DNA of 64,000 nt from Thermoplasmatota archaeon (GCA_035526585.1 DATLCC010000027.1:2660-66659); one strand, 5' to 3'; positions 55,101 to 62,041 are shown, counted from the stretch's first letter. Numbers and translations are program-made. Notes: generated by a model not told the origin, from the sequence alone.

Positions 55101-58100
55101 ACGCGACGTTGTTGCCGAACGCGGGCGCCATGTGGCCAGAGGGCTGGTTCACGCCGCGGCCCTGCTCGATGAAGCCGGGCGCGCCGTCCGCCGCCGCTCG
55201 CGGCGCGAAGTGCGAGACGTAGCGGTCGTCGCCGCCGAGGTCGAGGAAGAACGCGGTCGCGCCGCCGAAGCTGTTGCCGCCGGCCGCCTGCGCGCGCGGC
55301 ACCCAGCCGTAGGATTCGTTGTCCGCGTCGTAGATGTCGTTGCCTTCGACGTCGATGAAGATCGCGGCCGAGAACGATTCGGCGGCGCCCTGGACGGCGT
55401 GCGTGCCGACGTATTCGTCGCTGCCGCCCGCGTCGAGCAGCATGCCCAGCCCGCCGTACGTGGCGTAGCCCTGCGCGCGGTCCGCCGCGACGAGCTTGCT
55501 CTCGGAGTCTCCGTTGCCGAGCATGGCGAGGACGCCGACGCCCGCGAAGCCGGCGCCCTGCGCGAGGCTGGGCTTGAGGGCCGTCACGGGCGCGACGCCG
55601 TCGTAGCGCGCGGGGAGGCCGGTCGCAAGGCCGATGCCGGCCCAGCGCGCCATCTCGTCGGAGATGTCGCTGTTGCGGATGCCCGTGTAGTTGCCGTCGC
55701 GGTTGGCCGCGCCGACGGGGAACGTGAAGTTCTCGAGGGAGGAGGTCGCGGTCTGCGCGTAGCTCGCGCCCGCGTCGGCGAAGCCGATGTAGAGGCCGAG
55801 CTCGTCGCGCGGGTACTCGCACCCGCTCGCGCCCACGTAGCCGAAGCCGACGGAGTCGGCCCAGCAGTAGGCGAGGTCGTAGATGCTGGGCGGGATCTCC
55901 GTCTGGATGAGGTCCTTGCGGATCTCGTAGACGACGTGCCCGTCCTCGCTCGCGTGGCACTTCACGTCCACCGCGCGCGGCGTGAGGCTCGCGTCGAGGC
56001 CGTCCAGCTGCATCGTGGTGAGGCCCGCCTTGGGGGCGCCGAGGTCGGTGAAGACGCACGCGTGATCCTCGCCCTGGTAGGCGATCTGCAGCTCGTCGAT
56101 GCCGCTGTGGCCCGCGGCCGTGTCGTACTGGCGGCCGAAGTGGCCGATGTCGAGGTCGACGAAGAGCATGTCGCGCGCGCGATCCTTCTCGGTCTGAGAG
56201 AGCGTCGTGCCTTCGAGCGCGAGGTAGAGGGAACGGTTGTCGTTCGCGATGCGCAGCGTCCAGTCGGACGTGTAGCGCGCGTCGCGCTGCGAGCCAAGCT
56301 CGATCGGGATGGGCTCGCCGAAGAAGTCCCACTCGGGGCCGATCGCGCCGTCGATCGCGATCGCGTCGCGGGAGCGGTCGAGCCACTGGCTGCCAAAGCT
56401 CGGGATCGCCTGCTCGAGCGCGCGGTACTCGTCGCGGCCGCCAAGGTCGGCGAGGACGCCGATGCCGAAGTAGCCGACGCCCTGCGAGAGGCCGTGGGCG
56501 ACGTCGTAGGTGGACGCGCCCGTGCCGGCGTCGAGGAGGAACGTCACGGGGAAGAGGTTGAGCGGCTGCGAAACGGCCGAGAACGGCGTCTGCGTGCCGG
56601 CGGCCGCCGCGCCGTTCTGCGGCGGGCCCTGGGCGAGGTAGTCGCGGATGAGGCCGGCCGCGCTGTAGTCGTACGAGTTGTTGCCGCCGAGGTCCACGAC
56701 GAAGGCGTACTCGTCGGAGAAGGTCGTGTGGCCGGAGTCGCCGATGGCGAGGCGCGCGGTGGGCATGTCGACCAGGAAGCCGGCGTGATCGATCGCGGAG
56801 CCGCCGCCCACGAGGCCGGCGAGGAACGCGCCGGTCGGGTCGTTGGTCTCCGTGTCGATGTGGACGCCGACGTCCGCGTAGAGGCGCGGGTTCGTCTGCC
56901 CGTTCGTGGCCGTCTCGGCGCGCGTGAGGGTCGTGTTCTGGTTGCGCGCGAGGGAGACGGAGCCCGGCTGGAGGTAGACGTCGCTGCCCGAGAGATCCAC
57001 GAGGATCGCGGCGGCGGGGCGCGGCGCGTTCGCGGGCGCAACGTCGCGCGTGGCCACGGTCTGGGAGAGCGTCCAGCCGAAGCTCCACTTGTCGTTCGCG
57101 AAGTAGCGGTCGCGGCCCTTCACGTCGAGGAGCGCGCCCACGCCACCGATGCCGCCGACGCCGTGCGTCTGCGTCGCGCTGGGGCGCGCAGCGTACGTCT
57201 CGTTCCCCTCCGTGGACGCGAGGAGGCCGAGCGCGTAAGGCGCGTTCTTCGGCGTGTCCGCGCCGCTGCCGCGGTTCATCGCGCTCGCGAAGCCGCGACC
57301 GAAGCCTTGGCTGTGGTTGCCGGCGACGAAGGTGTCGTCGCCTGCGCCCAGGTCGAGGAGGAGGCCGACGTCGCGGCGCGCGCTGCCAAGCGGCGTGTCG
57401 CTCGTCGCGTCGTTCGTGACGTTGCCGCCCTGGGGGAAGCCCGCGGTCTCGCGGTCGTCGGGGATGCCGGCGAGGTTGGCGCCCTGGCTCAGGTCGCCCG
57501 CAGCGTAGCTGTCGGTGCCCGCGAGGTCGATGAGCGCGCCGCCGAGCGCGCCCTGGCTGCCGGCGCCGGCGACGTACGCATCCGCGCCGGCGGTGTCGAC
57601 GAGGACGCCGTAGAGGGAGCCCTGCGCGTAGGAGCGCGAGGCGTTCACATACTCGTCCGCGTCGCTCGCGCCCGCCGCGAGGGCGCTGCCCGTCGCGCTC
57701 GTGAGGTCGACGTTCACGACGAGGCTCGGAGCGAGGAACGTGTCGTTGAGCTGCGGCGTGAAGTTGCCCTTCTCGTCCGGGATCGAGCGCGTGACGACGG
57801 GGAGCGCGCCGCCGGCGCTGTTCACCAGGTGGTCGCGGCCGCCCAGGTCGATGATGACGAAGTAGTCGTCCTGGTACGTCGTCTCGACGACGTCGCCGAT
57901 CGCGAGGATCCCCGCGGGGACCTGGAAGGAGAATCGGCTCTCGCTGAAGTCGCCGCCGTTCTGCAGCGTGCCGGCGCCAGGGACGCTGCCCGTCCCTTCG
58001 CCAGGCGCTGCCGTGTCGTAGGCCACGTACGCGCAGCGCTCGATCGTGCGCTCCTGGGGGCGCGCGGGGCGCGTCGTGTTCGGGTCGGTCTGCCCGAAGA

Positions 58101-61100
58101 TGGGGTTCTGGTCGCCCACCACGCGCTCGCCGGGGAAGAAGCCCAGCGGCGCGGAGCCGTTCACCATGAACTCGCCCGTGCAGGCGTAGTCGATCGAGCC
58201 GGCGTCCTGGAGCGGGAGGCGCAGGTCGACGATCTTGTCGCTTCCGCGCATCGACGTGTCGTTCTCGTCCGCCGGGTTCGAGGCGAGCGGATCCACGCGG
58301 CGACCGACGCCCGCGCCGTCGAGGCCGTTCTCCTCGATGACGGTCCAGACGGCCTGCGGGATGACGATCGCAGGGCCCGACGGGAAGCCCGCGGGGTAGG
58401 ACGTGGGAGCGTCCGGGTCGGTGGAGAGCGCTCGCTCGACGTAGTTCGGATAGCCGTCGCCGTCCGTGTCGTTCGCGATCGCCTCCGCGCGCGCGGTGGG
58501 CTGCGTGAGCGGGCTGCTGCGCTGATCCGCAGGGTCCGTGCCCGCGAGGAGCTCGACGAAGTCGGGGAACGCGTCGCGGTCGGGATCCGCGTTGCTGACC
58601 ACGACCTCCGTGTCGACGCCGAGGCCCGCGGAGAGCGCGCCGGGGCCGTCGAGCCAGACGCGGTTGTCCGCGCGCTCCGTGAGCGTCGTGAGGTTGCCGC
58701 CGGGAACGATCTCGAGGTTCACGAGCGGCGCGCCGTTCGGGGCGTGCTCGTTCTCGTAGGCGTCCTTGCCTCCGAGGTCCACGAAGACGCCGCCGAGGCC
58801 GTACCCCTGGCCCGACATCGCGGCGTACTGGTCGTCCGCGCCGTCGTCGAGCAGGATGCCGACGCCCAGCGTGAACGTGTCCGACGCGGCGCCCTGCGAG
58901 AGCTGCTGCGCATGGTAGATGTCGCGGCTGCCGGAAAGGTCCGCAAGAAGCGCGAGGCCGAGGCGGGAGTAGCCCTGGCTCATGGAGGGCGCGTCGTAGC
59001 TGTCGCCGCCGTCGGCGTCGACGAGCACCGCGACGCCGCCCACGGGCGCGGACGCCTGCGACGGGTGGCCGCGCGCCGAGCCGAGGGCCAGCTCGAGCGG
59101 GGAGAAGATGTCGTAGAACGACGTCGGGTCGTTGTAGCGGTCCGCGCCGCCCATGTCGAGGTGGAGCGAAACGGGGAGCGACGCGTTCGTGTGCACCATG
59201 GCGACGGGCATGTTGTACACGTCGTTGCCGTCGAGGTCGAGCGAGACGGTGGGCGCGCCGTAGCGCATGACGGTCTCGTAGTGGCACGTCGCCGACGCGC
59301 GCGCGGGCTCGACATGGGCCGGGACGGAGCCGCTGCTTCCGGTCGAGAAGCCACCGCCGCCGATGGTGGGGCCGGTGCTGGGCTGCGGCGGCTGCGCAGC
59401 GATCTGGTTCACGGGGCACACGAGGCGGCGCGCCTCCTCGGGCGTGTGCGTCGTCGAATCCGCGCCGGTGATCACGAGGAGCTCGAGGCTCGCCTCGCCG
59501 CCGGTCGGGTAGTGGCGGATGCCGTCGTGCACGTCGCCGGGGTCCTGGTAGCCGTAGACCATGCACTGCGCGTCGGTGCACGTGTAGACGCCGCCAGAGT
59601 GCGCATCGTCAGCATACGAAGGCATCTGGCCGGCCGCGTTCGACTCGGCGGGCGTGAAGCCGAAGCTGTCGACGGGCCAGCGCAGGCGGAGGAGGACGTC
59701 CTCGCCGCACTGGTCCACGATGCCGGGGACGATCTGGCACGCGGGCGTGTCGCCGTCGTCGATCTGGGCGCGCGCGCCTCCGAACGGGAGGAGGTGGCGC
59801 AGGAAGGAGAGGACGCCCGTCTCGACGGGCGTCGCGGACGCGGAGGCGCTCGCGTAGGCGCCCGCGCCCTGGAGGATCGCGCGCGCCTGCTCGCCCGCGA
59901 GCGTCGCGACGATGCCGGCCTGCGCGAGCGCGTCCTCGTCGACGCGCGCGGCGAGCGCGGTCGCGAGCGCGAGCTCCTCGAGCTCTGCGGCGGTGAGATC
60001 CTCGCCGTAGAGCGCGTCGAAGCCCTGCGCGCGGCGCAGCGTCTCGATCTCGCTCGCGGAAAGGTGCGCGAACGCCTGCTGCTGGAGGCGCGCGCTCTGC
60101 GCCGCGCCGCTCATGAGGACAGCGGCGGCGTCGCGCGTCGCGGGGTCGAGGCGGGCGGCGCCCTCGTCGGCGGCCGCGCGGTGCTCGGGGAGCACCGTGT
60201 AGCCCGCGAGCGTCAGCATGTCGACGTACGCGTCCGTGAAGGAGAGGACCTTGAGCTTCGGGACGGCGGGGTCGGTGCCGGTGATGATATCACCCGCGCG
60301 GACGGCGTCCACGAGCGCGCCGTGCGTCGAGGCGAGAAGCGCCGCGTGGTGCGCGGCCCAGCCGACGCGCGCGCCCGGCGTCCATTCGCCCACGCGCAGC
60401 GCATCGGGCGCGGCGCGCCAGTACAGGCCGTACTTCTCGAGCGTCGGGAGCGCGGCGGAGGTCGCGACGAGCACGTTCGCGAGCGCGGCGGACTGCGACG
60501 TGGGCGTGAGGCCCGAGGGGCTCGCGGCGGTGATGGCCTGCGCCTCGGCCATGACGAGGCGCGCGATCGCGGCCTGCAGGTCGAGCGGGAGCGCATGCGC
60601 GCGCGCGAGCACGTCGGCCTGCGCGGCGGGCGAGGGCGCCTGGCCGCTCGCGGCGAGGAGCGCGGCGAGCGCATCCTCGAACGAGGGCGCGACGCCCGCG
60701 TCCGCGAGAGGGACGTTCGCGGCGAGCGAGACGAGCTTCGCGGCGAGGAGGACCTTCTGCGCGTCGCTCGCCTTGTCGTCGGAGGCGACGATGAGAGAGA
60801 GGATGGCCTTCGTGGTCTCGTCCAGCGACGCGGTGTCGAGCCCTTCGAGCTCGGCGCGGGCCGCGTGGTCGGCGAGGGAGCCGCGCGTCGCCTCGACGGC
60901 CTCGAGCACGAGGAGCGTCGCCTCGATGCTCTTGCGCATGTCCACGAGCGACGCGAGGATCGCCATGCGGCGCGTCTCCGGCGTGCTGATCCCCTGCGCG
61001 AGGTCGCTCGCGACGTCCGGGTGCGAGTAGACCCACGCGAGCTCGTCGGGCGTGAGGAGCGCCAGCGCCTCGCGCTGCATCTGCGTCGCCGTGATGGTCG

Positions 61101-61638
61101 AAAGGAGCAGGAGCGCGACGTCGCGCTGCACGTCGAGGGGCAGCGCGTCCGCGCGCGCAAGCTGCGCCGCGAGCTCCGCGGGCGGCACGACGGAGCCCGT
61201 CGCCGCGACCCACGCGAGGATGGCCGCGCGCAGCGGCGCCTCGGGCGCGATCGCGTCGACGGGAAGAGGAGGCACCGCGAGGTCGCGGTAGCCCATGAGG
61301 TCCGCGGCGCCGAGGACCTGGCCGAGAAGGACCGAGCTGCTGGCATCAGCTCGGACCGGGGAGGCAAGCTCGTCGGCGGAGGGACGGGAGGAGGATCCGT
61401 CCGTTCCATCGGGAGCACGTGATCCGGAGGAGGGGGGCGACGTCGAGCCGCCTGGAACGACGAAGGGAAGGTCCGAGCCTCCATCGGCGGCGCTGCCGCC
61501 GTCGGAGGCGTGGCGAGCCGCCGCTGCCGCCCGCTCGTCGGCGGCCTCGAGGGCCACCTGCGCCAGGGGGAACGCGGAGACTACCAGGGTAAGAACAAGA
61601 GTCCCAGCTAGGACCTTCAGTATCGTCGCTCGCTTCAC
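49150..61638 (-). CDS. giant envelope protein A (4162 aa): signal peptide, Ala/Leu-rich helical domain, long D-x-G-G-x-D-x-Y repeat (solenoid-like) region with an inserted CBM9/DOMON-like domain, Ig-like/FN3 array, C-terminal TM anchor
   Basis: The GTG start at 61638 is preceded by GGAGG. The signal is MKRATILKVLAGTLVLTLVVSAFPLAQ. The repeat region is described under the findings. FN3-like modules are present (e.g. LRLSWNAATDDVAVAAYRVYRSEDAVVFRMVAEVTGTRYDDAGLPYEKLYTYKVAALD and FRVTNVTHNSLVLHWKTSEPTSAMAKFG). Ig-like modules are bounded by D-x-T/A-P-P/A. The anchor is GIAGLALALVAAVGIAAVLGRKKKEGSK. Confidence 0.88.
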   Translation of the reverse strand: MKRATILKVLAGTLVLTLVVSAFPLAQVALEAADERAAAAARHASDGGSAADGGSDLPFVVPGGSTSPPSSGSRAPDGTDGSSSRPSADELASPVRADASSSVLLGQVLGAADLMGYRDLAVPPLPVDAIAPEAPLRAAILAWVAATGSVVPPAELAAQLARADALPLDVQRDVALLLLSTITATQMQREALALLTPDELAWVYSHPDVASDLAQGISTPETRRMAILASLVDMRKSIEATLLVLEAVEATRGSLADHAARAELEGLDTASLDETTKAILSLIVASDDKASDAQKVLLAAKLVSLAANVPLADAGVAPSFEDALAALLAASGQAPSPAAQADVLARAHALPLDLQAAIARLVMAEAQAITAASPSGLTPTSQSAALANVLVATSAALPTLEKYGLYWRAAPDALRVGEWTPGARVGWAAHHAALLASTHGALVDAVRAGDIITGTDPAVPKLKVLSFTDAYVDMLTLAGYTVLPEHRAAADEGAARLDPATRDAAAVLMSGAAQSARLQQQAFAHLSASEIETLRRAQGFDALYGEDLTAAELEELALATALAARVDEDALAQAGIVATLAGEQARAILQGAGAYASASASATPVETGVLSFLRHLLPFGGARAQIDDGDTPACQIVPGIVDQCGEDVLLRLRWPVDSFGFTPAESNAAGQMPSYADDAHSGGVYTCTDAQCMVYGYQDPGDVHDGIRHYPTGGEASLELLVITGADSTTHTPEEARRLVCPVNQIAAQPPQPSTGPTIGGGGFSTGSSGSVPAHVEPARASATCHYETVMRYGAPTVSLDLDGNDVYNMPVAMVHTNASLPVSLHLDMGGADRYNDPTSFYDIFSPLELALGSARGHPSQASAPVGGVAVLVDADGGDSYDAPSMSQGYSRLGLALLADLSGSRDIYHAQQLSQGAASDTFTLGVGILLDDGADDQYAAMSGQGYGLGGVFVDLGGKDAYENEHAPNGAPLVNLEIVPGGNLTTLTERADNRVWLDGPGALSAGLGVDTEVVVSNADPDRDAFPDFVELLAGTDPADQRSSPLTQPTARAEAIANDTDGDGYPNYVERALSTDPDAPTSYPAGFPSGPAIVIPQAVWTVIEENGLDGAGVGRRVDPLASNPADENDTSMRGSDKIVDLRLPLQDAGSIDYACTGEFMVNGSAPLGFFPGERVVGDQNPIFGQTDPNTTRPARPQERTIERCAYVAYDTAAPGEGTGSVPGAGTLQNGGDFSESRFSFQVPAGILAIGDVVETTYQDDYFVIIDLGGRDHLVNSAGGALPVVTRSIPDEKGNFTPQLNDTFLAPSLVVNVDLTSATGSALAAGASDADEYVNASRSYAQGSLYGVLVDTAGADAYVAGAGSQGALGGALIDLAGTDSYAAGDLSQGANLAGIPDDRETAGFPQGGNVTNDATSDTPLGSARRDVGLLLDLGAGDDTFVAGNHSQGFGRGFASAMNRGSGADTPKNAPYALGLLASTEGNETYAARPSATQTHGVGGIGGVGALLDVKGRDRYFANDKWSFGWTLSQTVATRDVAPANAPRPAAAILVDLSGSDVYLQPGSVSLARNQNTTLTRAETATNGQTNPRLYADVGVHIDTETNDPTGAFLAGLVGGGSAIDHAGFLVDMPTARLAIGDSGHTTFSDEYAFVVDLGGNNSYDYSAAGLIRDYLAQGPPQNGAAAAGTQTPFSAVSQPLNLFPVTFLLDAGTGASTYDVAHGLSQGVGYFGIGVLADLGGRDEYRALEQAIPSFGSQWLDRSRDAIAIDGAIGPEWDFFGEPIPIELGSQRDARYTSDWTLRIANDNRSLYLALEGTTLSQTEKDRARDMLFVDLDIGHFGRQYDTAAGHSGIDELQIAYQGEDHACVFTDLGAPKAGLTTMQLDGLDASLTPRAVDVKCHASEDGHVVYEIRKDLIQTEIPPSIYDLAYCWADSVGFGYVGASGCEYPRDELGLYIGFADAGASYAQTATSSLENFTFPVGAANRDGNYTGIRNSDISDEMARWAGIGLATGLPARYDGVAPVTALKPSLAQGAGFAGVGVLAMLGNGDSESKLVAADRAQGYATYGGLGMLLDAGGSDEYVGTHAVQGAAESFSAAIFIDVEGNDIYDADNESYGWVPRAQAAGGNSFGGATAFFLDLGGDDRYVSHFAPRAAADGAPGFIEQGRGVNQPSGHMAPAFGNNVAWTQNGTGLGADYVLASTIRDVTAGALAQTLYGTTRTTLNFTRYVDGLGCTSEIIEPRGRSFFATGKVCFLATVNTSTGAENRTLAPLTKQLATLAGGDPTDGSADVENATRSLDVRSVDFFLDRERVATSTNVTSVQRGVTLWSAVVDLGNFSDGVKLAKALPTFSAQLADRSVLLFGDEMGNSANETVTRNATRTLVVNNAPVVKRLELAPEYTGIANATFSPYAYGEAQQLYVNWSASFDAEEDPFEAANGWRIPAWNRSFPCEGLAIDQDQPQLCNALTFYLDNAANTESDTNPGGDAFGTPAKLKVETINGEPFASRIEPLGADLRVTSKQSVHVALPNRTALITTAPLNTQILVGVKYANGTNVKDAFGKDWYLASGTFTKSRSATDGVPLPDVGGIASLFGPVRQLVIDSLGTTAKQVDDNVHGNVIFNVVDSIAAPVCTQGGADTCATYNGDIRSGQLKPCQASPQPIANGPGVNLPAWLVWYPVQVLERGGVFRPNTAPGGQQALIPNQTLPTGPVHVCVDVNGNLHDVASAFTDVVTPVTDGIPHLCGLIPCKDEGGEGGSGGAGDLDNVDFTDFYLDANEPDATVQAAGIVSDGSTIVVPKDMRLTVTVGLVTDNAQPGPGDSISGAFNAAADAVNDTENPATGDHLVPGIEETRGTGVPVLNRTDVRENVTTVLRNFGNTNGQNLNSLVGGLGSLPGSFFFYKSGGHPDYQARIEFRTPATPSTQVSVTLDDPATGEVKETLRDTSYVEGDVDGSPRRGGGELDTAYWNAIGHRPLANWSASGSSDRWTQHNTTRNDLTREGVFLANVTATDAQGLSTSRVDSVLIDRTPPASFLTTGSVTPGSTATVYVGSGSLAGAGGVPVEWASVDLSAASGSDVPAPGSGVSQVYVFYRHGEEGDLATGWSALGATGDPAPIVEDNFAPALARAIPATRTSRTVSSSGDPVHLFLTVAVDRAHNVEGTANEATLLDAVRSAFYAKLSRGADVQHGYARLVVDQGQPVFSGLALTGGLLSSFQGSDYTFVRAGQPIAFGICVRDLETGIGTVTLQLYHIDPTTQESTKASRAATPAGACPAGQEGTMWSFGGWSRENVDKSVFPEGIWLAQFDVEDKAGNSISVSAGRVILDHASPAVHVLPPILPPGQTAVKPGDQVKLRLTAEDAFGVDEGRITVDASAFAKNASALKVRPVRVNGLIYQEATFFVDKPNLADAAYTITVRVPDLAGNVTTVLVPLAVNAKAFDFVPGSFRVTNVTHNSLVLHWKTSEPTSAMAKFGTSAIALNGRTPLDTNASVEHALKVEGLQPSTRYSLRAVSASTGGFSKESDIVEATTITALFLQPQLPARGDNVSGLVKVAFRGGLLDSADFVSYTLEVRNATTSAWTFVTTATRQGDSHELRWNSTRFLDGTTYELRLTAEAGHDVASAVIGPFTSDNTPPAVIVSSPLLATNDTTPRLLAETSDALSGFPSVPAALYVDGELVTKNLTIDALPDARLRLSYDIPDALEAGMRTFELRILDNAGNVAKETWKVAIDGDAPVITVNPTRYAPGTGAAKQGGTVTLNLTVHDLSGVSIVTADTSALSDVGSVRLVKIVNADEWQGTFSVSSAEAAATKTVKVHAVDLAGNEKDIDVSIPVDNVAPTVGSTTISETKHTRVVVKVPANEPILVTGTATAPASPAVTVSSIVAAPTVDLAFEGLLPSRSYQYDLKVTDLAGNEVPLHGSFATLQDTKAPTTVGPLSVLDLLNGTLRLSWNAATDDVAVAAYRVYRSEDAVVFRMVAEVTGTRYDDAGLPYEKLYTYKVAALDYGANEGPTDGVLRASATAVPRLTVGAATPTIGTVSTTFHYAVTYASPGGKAPAYVRVILDGVPQNMTLVSGDAKTGAAYTYETRLAPHKRDAPHTYAFEASDGRYTARFPEDGSVLRGPLVSGDALAGGDASGLASFAQKVPLGGIAGLALALVAAVGIAAVLGRKKKEGSK

Positions 61639-61646
61639 GTGAACCG

Positions 61647-61651
61647 CCTCC
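61647..61651 (-). promoter_or_regulatory. Shine-Dalgarno-like GGAGG upstream of the operon's first gene
   Basis: The minus strand reads TGAGGAGGCGGTTCAC-GTG, placing GGAGG 8 nt upstream of the GTG at 61638. This contrasts with the apparently leaderless genes elsewhere in the window. Confidence 0.4.
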
Positions 61652-61863
61652 TCAGGCGTGCTCCAAAGTGGCCCGCTGCCAGGCGAGCCTCCCAGGGTAG
61701 CCGGGTAGTCCCCGGGCCCCCTCTTGAGTTTTGCTACACACGGTTTGACCGTCTCCGCCGGCGTGGCAAAGGGGCGTTCCGCCTGTTGAACGGGCGTTCT
61801 AGACGTGAGATGGTCTCACGAGACTCTGTGCGCTTCGGGAGGAGCGACGTTGCGCCCTGGCCT

Positions 61864-61883
61864 GCCACGTGGCGCCATGTGGC
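61864..61883. repeat. palindrome copy 1: GCCACGTGGCGCCATGTGGC (one mismatch from perfect)
   Basis: This was read directly from the sequence. The flanks extend the dyad to CCTGCCAC...GTGGCAGG (61861-61886). Confidence 0.9.
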
Positions 61884-61949
61884 AGGACGGGGCGGCGCGG
61901 GACACGTGTGAGCATTTGGTTACGCGAGCTGCGCGCCGCCGCCCGCGAT

Positions 61950-61969
61950 GCCACATGGCGCCATGTGGC
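61950..61969. repeat. palindrome copy 2: GCCACATGGCGCCATGTGGC (perfect 20-bp dyad)
   Basis: This was read directly from the sequence and is identical to its own reverse complement. Confidence 0.95.
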
Positions 61970-62021
61970 CGGGCGGGCGCCCGGCGCTGCCCGCCACAGC
62001 GGCGCACACGGCCCCCCGGCT

Positions 62022-62041
62022 GCCACATGGCGCCATGTGGC
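62022..62041. repeat. palindrome copy 3: GCCACATGGCGCCATGTGGC (perfect; dyad extends to 24 bp, CTGCCACATGGCGCCATGTGGCAG, 62020-62043)
   Basis: This was read directly from the sequence and is identical to its own reverse complement. Confidence 0.95.

Noticed and set aside
42393-59581. Long minus-strand ORFs in alternative frames of the giant genes: 42393..49376 (2327 aa), 49373..59581 (3402 aa), 39639..41972, 28250..30649, 34681..36876 and others.
   Set aside because: They are on the same strand but out of frame. The translations are Arg/Pro/Gly/His-rich low-complexity sequence (e.g. RRRGRPRAPAREAV...) that lacks stops only because of GC richness.
49132-61422. A 4096-aa plus-strand ORF opposite the 4162-aa gene. 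Similar giant plus-strand ORFs lie at 25588..32631, 32628..36872, 38186..44635, 44723..49138 and 17748..21605.
   Set aside because: These are shadow ORFs of a GC-rich coding strand. The translations are monotonous R/A/G/E/D/V strings (e.g. RRRGRGARDEDGLVGGDLHDDARV) with no signal peptides, TM anchors or domain-like motifs, and almost no N, K, Y, F or W. The minus-strand frame gives balanced, domain-structured proteins with signal peptides and anchors.
36908-61638. The possibility that proteins A and B (4162 and 4081 aa, near-equal size) are tandem paralogues or an assembly duplication.
   Set aside because: Their domain orders differ. A has a helical head, D-x-G-G-x-D-x-Y repeats and an FN3/Ig array. 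B has five jelly-roll modules, a propeller-like block and NEW3/CARDB modules. I could find no long shared peptide stretches by eye. Only generic CARDB/Ig-type modules are shared.
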